From contig NW_021836293.1 of assembly GCF_006345805.1 (NCBI RefSeq), positions 1 through 64,000 on the forward strand: a stretch of 64,000 bases of DNA, written 5' to 3'. A model generated the notes under the pieces. It did no database searches. It had not been told where the DNA came from and saw nothing but the letters and a program-made list of their open reading frames with translations. Made by a program: the position numbers and the translations under genes. This document shows positions 1-11,620 of this stretch, in pieces. Positions within the stretch are counted from its first letter, which is position 1; the number at the start of each line of letters is the position of its first letter. This stretch comes from Octopus sinensis. Taxonomy: Eukaryota.

Positions 1-24
1 AGAGAGAGAGAGAAGAGAGAGAGA

Positions 25-183
25 TACGACAGGCTTCTTTCATTTCTGTCTAGCAAATCCACTCACAAGGCTTTGGTCGGCCCGAGGCTATAGTAGAGGA
101 CCACTTGCCCAAGGTGCCACGCAGTGGGACTGAACTCGGAACCATGTGGTTGCAAGCAAGCTACTTACCACACAGCTACTCCT
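25..183 (-). mobile_element. tRNA-derived SINE family A, 5' head
   Basis: Reverse complement carries A-box-like TAGCTGTGTGG, B-box-like AGTTCAGTCCC and CCTTGGGCAAG; highly similar to 58591-58755. Confidence 0.85.
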
Positions 184-253
184 AGTTAATTATAAACTAC
201 TCCTTTACACACACACACACCACACCACACACACACCCAACATAATAATACAT

Positions 254-450
254 ATTCTTTTATTCTCTATTCATTTCAGTCATTAGACTGCGGCCATGCT
301 AATCAACTGCAGTACTTATTTTGAAGACTGGTACTTATGGTACTTATTCTATCGGACTGCTTTGGCGAGCCGCTAAATTACGTGGACATAAAGACATAAA
401 ACACCTGTTGTCAAGCGGTGATGGGCGACAAACAAGCACACAAAGATACC
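254..450 (-). mobile_element. SINE family A, 3' half
   Basis: Matches reverse complement of the tail at 58800-58988 (GCATGGCCGCAGTC, GCTTGACAAC, GATAGAATAAGTAC). Confidence 0.75.
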
Positions 451-590
451 CACATACAAAGGTATGTGTGTGAGGTTAAGCAGTTTGCTTCGCATTCACC
501 TGTGTCCATTTTGATCCCACACGGCGGCAGCATGTTGATCTCATATGTCTTGTATTTTAACCCCATTGACCCAACTTTGTCTGAGAACTG

Positions 591-625
<35 letters not shown>

Positions 626-634
626 ACACACACC

Positions 635-701
<67 letters not shown>

Positions 702-710
702 ATATGTTTA
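591..710. repeat. (CA)n/(TA)n/(TG)n compound microsatellite
   Basis: Directly visible. Confidence 0.95.
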
Positions 711-1059
711 TGTATTATATATTACTATTCCTTTGGTATTCGAATAATAATTTTTCCACCTTGTTTGCACTTATGTGCTCACCTCTGTATGTGTGTTGAC
801 GGGGGTTTTGTCCTTGTGTAGCTCGTCCTGTATTTGTTTTCGTTTTTCTTGTTCTTTCGTTTTTCCCGTTTTCTTGTTTTTTTTGTTTTTTGGCTTTTCC
901 GTTTCTACGTCTTTTGTGATGTCCTGTACTCCCGTATAATTATTTATATATGCATGTATATATACTGTAGATGTAGGTACGTACATATATGTTTGTATGT
1001 ATGCATATATTTTATTTATCTCCTATATATAATATATATATATATATAGATATACATAC

Positions 1060-1226
1060 ATACGACTGGTTTCTTTCATCTCTGCTACCACCAAATCCAC
1101 TCACAAGGTTTTGGGTGACCGAGCTAGAGTAGAAAACACTTGCCCAAGCTGGTACGCAGTGGGGACTGAACCCCAGGACCATGTTATTGGGAAGCAAACT
1201 TCTTAACCCCACAACCACGCCTGCAC
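1060..1226 (-). mobile_element. SINE family A head
   Basis: AAATCCACTCACAAGG...ACTTGCCCAAG...GGGACTGAACC, as in 25-183. Confidence 0.8.
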
Positions 1227-1261
1227 CTTGTATAATGTAACATAATATGAATATATAGGGT

Positions 1262-1478
1262 GGGGCGTTGGACGCTTGATCGTAACATTGTGGTTTCGAT
1301 TCCTGACCGGGCAAACGCGTTGTGTTCTTGAGCAAAACACTTCATTTGATATTGCTCCATCCACTCAGCTGGCAAAAATAAGTAGTCCTGCAATGGACCG
1401 GAAAGAATATATACGCCATGGAAACCGGGAAACCGGCCTATGATTCTACATGACTAGGGAAGGAACTTTACTTTTATT
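1262..1478 (+). mobile_element. tRNA-derived SINE family B, 5' damaged
   Basis: B box GTTTCGATTCC then TTGTGTTCTTGAGCAAAACACTTC and CACTCAGCTGGCAAAAA; similar to 3543-3957. Confidence 0.8.
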
Positions 1479-3324
1479 TCTAATCATCATTATAGGTAGT
1501 GACAAAAGTGTTAAAATAACGACTGTCTCATTTTATTCCACTCGGATGTGTTCTCATCTAGGATTGAAATATTAACAACGACCCATTTCTTTCTTTTGTC
1601 ACCACTTATCATAACTGATTCATATTTTATTTAAATCAATGAGTTTAATGGATATATGGTTTTCGATTCTTCGTTTAGTTAATTACACTTAATTTACATC
1701 TCGAATACACCTATTTTATAAGGTCAGACGTTCACCGAGGTCGATTTTTCATTCAATTCCTTTCCAGTCCATATAGTAAAACTATTGATGTTCTTTTGAA
1801 GGTTCAGCAAATCTATACATAAAATTTATGACTTTGTGTCCATATATTAAAACAAATCTATCATTTTGCAATACAGGTTTGACACTTGATGGAATCATTT
1901 CACTAAACTCGTGAATCTTCTCACATTTTATTTAGGTTTTCCCGAAAATCTGGTGCAATGATAAAGAGGAAACCTCTATTTGTATTAGGGCATACAAGAA
2001 ATAACTGCCAAGTCTCCTTTAAACCACAGTGTCTACCCTTTCTTCTTCGAAAAGAACGCATAGTAAAATGTAGTCAGAGTTAAACAGTCACAATAACGTA
2101 TCGGATGTTAAAGTTAGAATAATTTGGGGTCAGAGAGACACTTGATGTCATGTCTTGAGAATAGAAGGCCTAAAAGTGAGCTTTTGTTAACTATGTTCAA
2201 CTCCATCTTAGAATAGTAGATTTAACATGGCCGTTTGGTTTTCACACCATCAACTAGCTCTTGGCTATCTAGCACTGTTACAAGTATTCAGATCATGTAC
2301 CTGAAAAGAATATACCGTTCTTAATGTACTTTTTCTCCCTGCACAGCAGAACCATAGTCGGTCTTCTTTTTGTTTGACCACTCACCAGTCTCCGAGCTAT
2401 AAAAAGATCTGAGGGGGCTACTCTTCCTTGAGTCATTATAAGATATGAAACTGCATACACACACCATTAACTCAGGCTTGATCCATGAAAAAACTCTAAA
2501 AACTTAGTTAAGCGGATCGATGTTTCTGCGTGACAATACACTATAAATTTGTTGATGGAATTTATTTCAGTACAATTATTCACTTATAAAAGAAGACTTC
2601 ATTAGCTGACTCGACTAGTACAAAATTAATGGCAAGTTACTGTTCCATAATCTATCACCGATATTATGCCATTCTTGGATAGGGACATGAATCCCTAAGC
2701 GTACGGTAGGTAGTACAACTTACTAAAAATCTTGTGAGCTGTATGTAACCTCTCTGTCTCTTTCAAAGATACCCTTATTTATAAATGTAGGGTCACTATT
2801 TTATCCAACTAGTTATCATCTCTCAATGTAACTTATGAAAATGCTGATAACAAAATCATCAATAACAATTAACAAACATTAGAAAAATATCGCAGATATG
2901 GATACGATGCGTATAACTTTGTTGATTGCAATATGCGACCGTTACTTTATGTTCATAAACCCTGAGAGGATGAAGTTAGCATTTACAGGGTTTGAACACA
3001 CGACCTAAAAGAAAACAAACGAAATTGAATGCAGCGAAGCATTTAGGCCAGCTGTCTGCTTTAACAGTCAATAAACAACAACAACAACAACTACTACTAC
3101 TACTACAATGACAGCAAAAGCTTATATCAGTATCAACACCCATAAGACATTCAACAAAAACGTACGTTCACTTAATAGAATACAAGGGTCCAAGGGAGAC
3201 TACTCACAGAACTGTAAATTATAAAAATGTTTTGTGATTACTATATGTACGTGTGGAGTTTTTGCATATACACACACACACACACACACAGACATACACA
3301 CTCTCACGCGCGCGCACGCACACA

Positions 3325-3357
<33 letters not shown>

Positions 3358-3542
3358 CAAGTTAAAACACAAATAACCAGATATTACTGAAAAGAACCAC
3401 AAGAAAAAAGTATGCTCTATTGTCAAAAACAGCTGCTCTCTGAATACCCATGAGAAAGATATCTATGACCCTTTGATGAGAAGATTGGAAATCCAGTACC
3501 CAAGATACATTTTCAGTTTCATACCTATTTATTATAGGCACA

Positions 3543-3786
3543 GTGGAGGCGCATGGCTTAGTGGTTAGAGTGTCGGAGTCATGGTCGTAAGATTGTGGTT
3601 TCGATTCCTGGGCCCGGCTACGCGTTGTGTTCTTGAGCAAAATACGTTGCTCCAGCTGGCAAAAATGAGTAACGCTGTGATGGACCGGTGTCCCTCTTCA
3701 GGTGGGGAATTCATACGCCAGGAAACTGACCTTTATGAGTCGCCATGACCAGAGAAGGTAACTTTATCACTTTTTTTTTTTTTTTT
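3543..3786 (+). mobile_element. SINE family B, full-length head
   Basis: A box TGGCTTAGTGG, B box GTTTCGATTCC, T-rich end. Confidence 0.85.
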
Positions 3787-3957
3787 ACCGGGAGGCACGT
3801 TGTGTTCTTGAGCAAAACACTTCATTTCACGTTGCTCCAGTTCACTCAGCTGGCAAAAATGAGTAGTCTGCAATGGACCGGCAAGGAATATATACGCTAA
3901 GGGAACCGGAAAACCGACCCCTATGAGTCTATGTGATTCGGAAGGAACTTTATTTAT
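3787..3957 (+). mobile_element. SINE family B, 5'-truncated tandem copy
   Basis: Repeats the body of 1310-1478 directly after the poly-T. Confidence 0.8.
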
Positions 3958-4223
3958 TATAGGACGAATATGATATGTACCAGCCTGCCCTGAGCAAAGC
4001 ATGGCTGAATTTGGATTCTTGAGGATAGAATGCAACTCCTTAATTCATACACTAATTTATTGCAATATCTAGGTCACTAAAATCTGCAAAAACCTTATTT
4101 AGATTTAAAAGAGGATGAATGGGACATGATGTTCCTTTTCATACCCTTGCAACCTTGCAGGTGGACGGTCAAAATGAAACTGGTCTTGTTGTTTTTTGCC
4201 TTGTCAATGACCATCCATTCACT

Positions 4224-4255
<32 letters not shown>

Positions 4256-4263
4256 CTTACAGG

Positions 4264-4327
<64 letters not shown>

Positions 4328-4550
4328 TACATACAGACAGACAGACATTATTGGCGCCCTGGGATATGTAACACACTGCCTGACTATCAATCTTGAGAAA
4401 TTAAGCTTCTCAAAACAAGAAAGGAGAAAGCTAATTCGAAGACTACAGATCTAATCCATCACTGGAATTGTAAAAATCTGTAAAAATTTCCAGTAGTTTA
4501 TCATTTAAATATATATGAGCATGTCTAGACACGCAACTATATGCAGGAGA

Positions 4551-4734
4551 ATACATACATACATACATACATACATACATACATACATACATACATACAT
4601 ACATACATACATACATACATACATACATACATACATACATACATACATACATACATACATACATACATACATACATACATACATACATACATACATACAT
4701 ACATACATACATACATACATACATACATACATAC
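4551..4734. repeat. Long perfect (ATAC)n microsatellite
   Basis: About 180 bp uninterrupted. Confidence 0.97.
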
Positions 4735-4788
4735 CCGGTTGTTGGTGAAATTCCAGTGAAAGAGCTTTGGATCTAGGTTAGAAACCGG
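4735..4788 (+). ncRNA. Degenerate hammerhead-ribozyme-like motif
   Basis: CCGG-TT...hairpin...GTGAAAGA-GCTTTGGATCTAGGTTA-GAAA-CCGG; CUGANGA core imperfect. Confidence 0.3.
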
Positions 4789-4843
4789 TTCTTTCTCTAT
4801 TGGCAAGAAATCGTGAAATAAACTCAATAACCTTACCTACTCT

Positions 4844-5028
4844 AGGCACAAGGCCCGAAGTTTTGCGGGAGGGGGCCAGTCGATTAGATCGACTCCAGTA
4901 CACATCTGGTACTTAATTTATCGACCCCGAAAGGATGAAAGGCATGGTCGACCTCGACAGAATTGGAACTCAGAACATAAGACAGATGGAATGCCTCGAA
5001 GCATTCCACCCGGCGTGCTAACATTTCT
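4844..5028 (-). mobile_element. SINE family C (Meta-domain-like), older partial copy
   Basis: Reverse complement contains GTCGAC...CCTTTCATCCTTTCGGGGTCGATAAATTAAGTACCAG. Confidence 0.8.
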
Positions 5029-5260
5029 TATTTCTTTATTGCTCACAAGGGGCCAAACATAGAGGCGATAAACAAGGACAGACAAGGTGATTAAGTCGAT
5101 TATATCGACCCCAGTGCGTAACTGGTACTTATTTAATCGACCCCGAAAGGATGAAAGGCAAAGTCGACCTCGGCGGAATTTGAACTCAGAACGTAGCGGC
5201 AGACAAAATACCGCTGAGCATTTCGCCCGGCGTGCTAACGTTTCAGCCAGCTCGCCGCCT
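5029..5260 (-). mobile_element. SINE family C, full-length
   Basis: AGGCGGCGAGCTGGC head, B-box-like GAGTTCAAATTCC, same core, AAAGAAATAAG tail. Confidence 0.88.
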
Positions 5261-5459
5261 AAGATAAACCGAATAATGACATACGTACGTACGTACATAC
5301 ATACATACATACATACATACATACACTTATCTAGCGATGTGTATCGTCGTACTGGAAAATAGAGAGACACAATGGATAATGTAGTCTGAGTGAAAGTAGT
5401 GGTGGAACGCCATTCATCAAAGAGTTGATCTGTCAGAGCTGGCTTGAAGCTAAACAATA

Positions 5460-5732
5460 ACGTCATTAAACAACATCATCGGCATTGTCATTATGGTGGT
5501 CATTAACTTCATCACCGTCTTGCAAGTGGCAGTACAAATAATAGTAGTCATCGTTGTAGAAGTTATCGTTGAAGTCGTTCTCGTAGTGGTCGTGGTCGTC
5601 GCAGTTGTAATCGTCGCAGTTTTAGTCTTCGCAGTCGGCGTCGTCGTCATCGTCGTCGCTAGCGTAGTAGTGACTGTCGTCGTCGTTGTCGTCGCCGTGA
5701 CCGTCGTAGTCGTAATCGTTCTCATCATCACC
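5460..5732. repeat. Degenerate (GTC/GTA/CAT)n trinucleotide tract
   Basis: Directly visible; yields spurious poly-V/poly-T ORFs. Confidence 0.85.
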
Positions 5733-5956
5733 CCACAATTATAAGTATGAGGACGTATCCTTCTTTCGAGAAGTTGACAGCGATAATGCCGGAAAGAGTA
5801 GCCTCCCTTTGACCTGTGATGGATACAATACATCTCTGCCATTTTTTTTTTTTTTTTCATTTGCGGTACACTTGTATTCTTTTCAAAGTTCGGTAGTACA
5901 CCTGAACTAAAAGTATAACTAAAAGTATGAGGAAAGAATTTTATTCATGCTTACAC

Positions 5957-6022
5957 TGCGGCACATCTAGCATCGTTTCATGACACACCAGTGTGCCGCG
6001 ACATACCGGTTGTGGAGCACTG
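5957..6022. mobile_element. hAT/Charlie-like transposon terminus remnant
   Basis: GTGTGCCGCGACATACCGGTTGTGGAGCACTG followed by ATCTAGGC, resembling a Charlie end and NTCTAGAN-type target. Confidence 0.45.
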
Positions 6023-6188
6023 ATCTAGGCTACGAAGGATAGAAGGATTTGTTTGTCCTTCCACCATTCATGAAAAAGGGGTTTTCTGTTTTGTTTTAAT
6101 ATTTTTTTTTTTAATAGCTTTGTCAGAAATCGTACTAAGAGTCCCTTTCAGGGCATCCATGTCTTGTGGAAGTAGAGAGAAGGTTAAT

Positions 6189-6246
<58 letters not shown>

Positions 6247-6489
6247 AAATAATTTCGTACATAACTAGGATGCATGATGGAAATATATATGTGTGTGTGT
6301 GTGTTAATCCAATGCTAGGGTGGTGTTATTTTATTTATATCGATATCTGAAAGATAAATGGATAACACTTCATCTCTGCTTGATTTTAAGTAAGAATGTA
6401 AAGGGACGTAACTATGGCATCGTCCGACAATTCAGTTACTCCAACACCTCAAAAACATCCAAACCTGTTTCAATATTAGAATATCGTCA

Positions 6490-6705
6490 AAGCGGCAAGC
6501 AGGCAGAAACGTTAGCACGCCAGGCGAAATGCTTAGCAGTATTTCGTTTGACGCTACGTTCTGAGTTCAAATTCCGCCGATGTCGACTTTTGCCTTTCAT
6601 CCTTTCGGGGTCGATTAATTAAGTACCAGTTACGTACTGGTGTCGATCTAATCGACTGGCTCCCTTCCCAAGAATTTCAAGCTCTGTGCCTATAGTAGAA
6701 AAGAA
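6490..6705 (+). mobile_element. SINE family C
   Basis: GCAGAAACGTTAGCACGCC...GAGTTCAAATTCCGCC...CCTTTCATCCTTTCGGGGTCGAT. Confidence 0.88.
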
Positions 6706-6742
6706 TATTAGAATATCAACTGCGCTGTACAAGAGTAGAAAA

Positions 6743-6898
6743 CAGGCGCGGTCCCAGGAATTTTTTGAAAGAAGAGAACAAGGTCAGAAGGGAATACAAT
6801 TCCAGGAGAAAAGGGCGTAATAACATTATTTAGAAGGGCGTACTTCTTTTCTTGAATGGGGCACGTATCCCTCAGGTCCCCGCTTGGATTCGCTCCCG
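6743..6898. mobile_element. Possible small MITE
   Basis: Imperfect inverted ends CAGGCGCGGTCCCAGG ... CTTGGATTCGCTCCCG. Confidence 0.3.
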
Positions 6899-6959
6899 AA
6901 AAATATTACAAATATTTATATCCACTTTCGTATAACTAGAAACTTATATAGGCTCTCTT

Positions 6960-8154
6960 ATATGAACTTTAAAAGTAAAGTCTTTAAATCTCTTATTAGA
7001 GATCTCCTTGCTGATTACTGTGGCATACTATTTCACAGTGAGATCAGCTTAAAGCATTTGATGCTGCCTCTGATGACTTAGGAATGCTAACTAAACTGTG
7101 GTAATGTACCAACCCGCATCAGGGTAGGCCCCTACTGTTCCTCAGATATATGTGAAAGATGAAGGGTTGGGTGTTGTCAATTCCTTTAAATACGTCGGCA
7201 GGATGGTTAACTCAAAGGAACTTTGGACACAGAAATTGCATCTCGCATTCAACAAACGGTAAAGTATTTTGGTTGTCTTGAGAATCGTGTGTAGTTACAA
7301 CGCTATGTTAAGCTCAGCACAAAAATTTCGGTTTATCGTGCATTTGTACTATCCACCTTTCTTTATTTGTCGGAAACACGAACTGTTTACAAGCAACACA
7401 TAAAATCCTTAGAATGTTTTCATCAAAGGTGACTTCCTCAAATTCTAAGGATTAGCAGGAAATCGTTTACATTAGATATAGAGGTTTTAGAGAGACCAGG
7501 AATCTCGTCGATTCACACTATGCAGGTTTCCAATCAGCTAAGGTGGGTGGACTAGCCATTTAATGTAGATGGAGGATGAGTGCATCTCTAAGCAGTTTTT
7601 CTATGAAGACCTATCTGCTGGGGAGCGAAAACAGGGTAAACCAAGAAAAAAAAACGGTATAAAGACCAGTTTGGTGGGTGGGGGGGATTGAATATATCAT
7701 ACAAAAACGTTGGATTTATTACTCTTGATGCAAATATATAGCAAAAAAAAAAGAACTGGTCTGGAGTAGAAGATTTTGAAGAAAACAAAAGAAAACTATG
7801 CAAAAGTGGAAAGAGTATGGCGAAAAAGTAACACAGAAATAGTCATCCTTCAGTTGTTCAACGTATAGTAAGACTTCTTTTCTAAGGCTGCTTAACTTCA
7901 CATCTCAGAATTCATCTTCATACAGTCAGCTCACTCATATATGCCATATTTGTAGTGAAATATGTGAATCCCACGCTGGTCTAAAAAGGCATTTAAATAT
8001 CCACAAAGACGAGACAAACAACACTGTGCTACTTGTGGTGAGACATATTTGCATTGTTTGCTATGTAAATTCCAAACAGCTCTCAGGACTCAAAAGCCAC
8101 TTACGTGCGTGTACACGGAAAAACCATGCCTTACAAGAAGTGGTCAAGCTTTGA
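6960..8154 (+). mobile_element. Degraded RTE-clade LINE, RT C-terminal half plus C2H2 zinc fingers
   Basis: Manual translation: LLADYC (FADD relic), TVVMYQP, VVNSFKYVG, TLDTEIASRI, TKISVYRAFVLSTFLYLSET, LECFHQR; then CHICSEICESHAGLKRHLNIH and CIVCYVNSKQLSGLKSHLRAC; stops and frameshifts. Confidence 0.85.
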
Positions 8155-8262
8155 ATAAGAATAGATTACCTCTATGCATGTGTATGTGCTTGTACACACA
8201 CACATTTATAAATATGAAATACGCGCGATGGAAAAAATATTTGGCGGTATTTAACTTCCAGG

Positions 8263-8495
8263 AGGGCGGCAAGCTGGCACAAACGTTAGCACACCGGGTG
8301 AAGTGCTTAGCGGTATTTCGTTTGCCGCTACGTTCTGAGTTCAAATTCCGCCTAAGTCGACTTTGCCTTTCATCCTTTCGGGGTCGATAAATTAAGTACC
8401 AGTTACGCTCTGGGGTCGATGTAATCGACTTAATCCGTTTGTCTGTCTTTATTTGTCCTCTCTGTGTTTAGCCCCTTGTGGGTAGTAAAGAAATA
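8263..8495 (+). mobile_element. Young SINE family C copy with 17-bp TSD
   Basis: GGTATTTAACTTCCAGG at 8246-8262 and 8496-8512. Confidence 0.9.
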
Positions 8496-9038
8496 GGTAT
8501 TTAACTTCCAGGTCACTTTACCTTTTTCACCCCTGAGGTCAATAAAATAGGTACCAGGCAAAGTACTAAGGTTGTTATTGTCGTCTAAGACCCCCGACGG
8601 TGAGACCCAACAAGTGAAAGCATTTACAGAATAAAAGAATACAAATTTTCTTATATTCTTATGCAGTCACGCACATGGGCACGTGCTAGCATTATGTAGT
8701 AGAATAGAGGTCGGATGTTACTCTGCAGATGCGAACTTTCCTATTGATTTTAGAGAGAAAGAGAATATTAATGGATAACTTTGATTCTTCCTACGAGTTT
8801 GCTAGTCTCTACATAAATTATGGCTGATTCATGGAGAAGCAAGGTTAAATTGCTGCTTTACTGATTCCAAACTCAATGGGAGCAACTGTTCCCAACCAAA
8901 CCAATGGGAAGTGTGTAGCAACTATTTCCAGCTGAGCATACCCGAAGAACCTAATGGCTCACAAACAGCAGCATTAAAAGAGATCCACCCGAAGAGAATA
9001 TAGTGTACTCCTTCAACAGAGGTAGTACAAACTGCCTA

Positions 9039-10091
9039 GGATCTTTTCGGTTTGAACGGCAGATTTTTTCTAGCAGTGTCATATGAAATTGTCACCCATA
9101 ATTATGACCCTAGTATCGATCTATTGCATTTCTATCAGTTTTAGGGTGATCTTTTCGGTTTGAACGGCAGTTTTTAACATAATTTCTAGGTAACTAAAAA
9201 ATTTTAAACTTCGTATACTGGTAGAATGTGTTTATAAAACACCTTTTTCTCTTGGCTTTATTGAGAAAATTCTATAGTTTGTAAGATATTTGTTGTTTTT
9301 TTCTTCAATTTCTGCAATTTCAACCAATCAAATACGTCTATTGAGGTAAAAAAAAAACATTCTGTGCCGTATGAATATGTCCCTCGTTTAAGTAACAGAT
9401 TGGGTTTATTTATAATAATAATAAATAATGAAATTATTGTATACAGTTCTCAGGTGCACCACAACTTGTCAGAAAGTGCATATAAAGTACATGCAGTAAT
9501 GTAGAAATGTCTGGAAAGCGAACAATGTATGAGTCAGATACACGCTTGTGTGTGTATGGAGGGGAGAAAATCAAGTGTAGTGTTGGCGAATCTCAGGAAG
9601 CATGGAAGTTTTGAAGGATGCAGTGCTCCGACAACTAACAACTGATGCCGGCAGTTTGTTTCCATGCTTCAGCAACTCTCAGCGTGAAAAAATGTTTCCT
9701 GAAGTCATGGGAGCTGTGCCGTTTTCTTACTTTGTAAATATGTCCACGGGTATTAGATGGGTGGAAGTAAGGCGTTCAGGATATGGCAAATGCCTGATGG
9801 AGAGTATTCTTTTGGTTGCACGTCGCTGAACAGCTTCCAGACGATTGATATCCTGGGCAAGATAGGGGTTCCAGACCGGTGATGCAAATTCCAGGTGAGG
9901 TCTTACCATAGCTATATAAAGCCGCAGATAGATAGATAGATTTACATTTGTGAAGAAAAGAGATACTCTTCCCCCCACCCCTAACCCTAAAACAGATTGA
10001 AATGCAATAGATCGATTTTAGGGTCATAACTATGGGCAACAATTTCATATGACACCGCTAGAAAAAACTGCCGTTCAAACCGAAAAGATCC
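9039..10091. mobile_element. Non-autonomous TIR element (MITE-like) with duplicated terminus
   Basis: 9039-9147 is an inverted copy of 9984-10091; terminal GATCTTTTCGGTTTGAACGGCAG repeated at 9148; subterminal CCCTAACCCTAA. Confidence 0.8.
9411..9930 (-). mobile_element. CR1-group LINE 3' fragment nested in the MITE
   Basis: LRLYIAMVRPHLEFASPVWNPYLAQDINRLEAVQRRATKRI; HDFRKHFFTLRVAEAW..KLPASVV; (TTA)n tail on the element strand; ATTTA on both sides. Confidence 0.88.
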
Positions 10092-11078
10092 AAGCGCTCT
10101 ACTATTACCCCACAAACACGTTGCATTCGGAATACACAAGGCAATGAGTGATTGCAATTCCCGAGACACAATCATTGCAGGAAATCATTGCAGGAAATCA
10201 ATATGAGTAATAATCATCGTTTTGTGTATATTACTGACGCAACTGGTTGGATGGATTCTGAAATTATTCAGAACAAGCGAACGAGAGACTATGTTGGTCC
10301 TGTGGAGGACATCTGGATTATTTCCTCCAATTATAGTCGCCAAATTGTTTCAAATACAGTGGAACTTTAGACAACTCAAATCTGTTACATCAGAATGCCC
10401 CAATTTAAGAGATGAGCAACCGGGTGAGGCTGAAAGAACAGGCACTGTATTCTCTGGAGTGGAAGGCGCGAAAGGTACGCTAGTACTCTGATGGCGTCCC
10501 AGTTCAAAGGTTAAACGTTATGTTAATCCCTGAACTGGATGCCACAGCATGGTAGCAAAGGTCTCGCCCATGCTACCTAGAATTAGAACCGATAGTGTAG
10601 CAGTTTAGAGTTTAAAAGCTCAGAACTCTTCAATACTTTACCTAAAACTTCAGAGATTTATTTGAAGAGGATGAAGTGTTTCGGGTTTTTTTTTTAATAA
10701 ATCCAGATATCCTTTTTTATCCGAGATCCCGAACGAGCCTGCATCACGGCAAATAACACAAACGAGAACAAAGATATCCAACTCACTAATTCACCAAAAA
10801 ACAACCACAAATGGAGGGCTGCAAAAATTAAATGAAAGTAACATTAATGATAATGCTCTAGCAATACCAGGCAGCAACTGATAAAATATTAAAATAGTAT
10901 AAAAGAACAGTAGTTTCGAAACTCACAACGTATCAACCGACATTGTAAATTTACATTTATATCCATAATTTATCATTGCTGCATCTGGTTATATTACTAA
11001 ACGTCCTCATGTGAAATTTCGAAATCTTACGTTTCCAGACAAAGAAAACGACCTTCTGACACCCATTTTGAAAATTCA

Positions 11079-11620
11079 GGGGTGGAATTCCAGTTTAAGT
11101 ATACCGTGTAACCCCTCATAACTTTTTTACTTTTTTGAATTTTTAGAAAATGTTGGCGAATTTGTGTTCTACACACGGGGCTTCATACGATTGTGTAAAA
11201 AATAAATTGTGTGTGATTTAAGGGCGATTTAGCTGTTGTTTTTAGCACATCTCACGACCACCTGATATCTTACTCGTTTCTTTGTCACTCTGACATGTAT
11301 TAATGTTTCTCCATATTTTTCTCCTGACAAACATATTTAATGGGATGATGATGATGTACCCAGGGGTGGTTGATTCCTGGATTTAAGCATAAAATTCGGA
11401 CTCTCTGTATTTTAAAATCTAATTTATAAAAAGAAAATCTAAATAGTGGAAATTTTCGGATTTATATGAGCGGGGAGGAGTTTTGATTTTTTTTCTAGTC
11501 ATAATGGTATGAATTCCCATGGGTAGAGCACAAGTTCGCAAGAATTTTCTGGAAATTCAAAAAACTAAAATTTAAAAGTTAAGGTGAGTTATATATGAGC
11601 CGTAAACCAGAATCCCGCCA
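11079..11620. mobile_element. MITE-like element with imperfect ~110-bp inverted arms
   Basis: 11079-11195 resembles the reverse complement of 11500-11620 (TTTTTTGAATTT..AGAAAAT..T.GCGAA.TTGTG.TCTAC). Confidence 0.55.

Larger units (their letters stand above)
8760..10514 (+). mobile_element. Possible highly degraded piggyBac-like transposon, interrupted by 9039-10091
   Basis: MDNFDSSYEF at 8771 (cf. MDNFYSS); 10113-10150 resembles KPxCIxEYNKAMSG after indel correction; ends AAAGGTTAA at 10506-10514. Confidence 0.35.

Noticed and set aside
3543-3620. tRNA-like A and B boxes
   Set aside because: Head of a SINE continuing into a repeated body; no convincing cloverleaf
411-5860. Short ORFs with HTHT, YIYI, MYVC, poly-T or poly-V
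   Set aside because: Microsatellite and SINE read-through with no domain content
10230-10270. TGWMDSEII, resembling the pogo/Tigger GWMDSEIF motif
   Set aside because: Isolated nine residues with no other pogo motifs nearby
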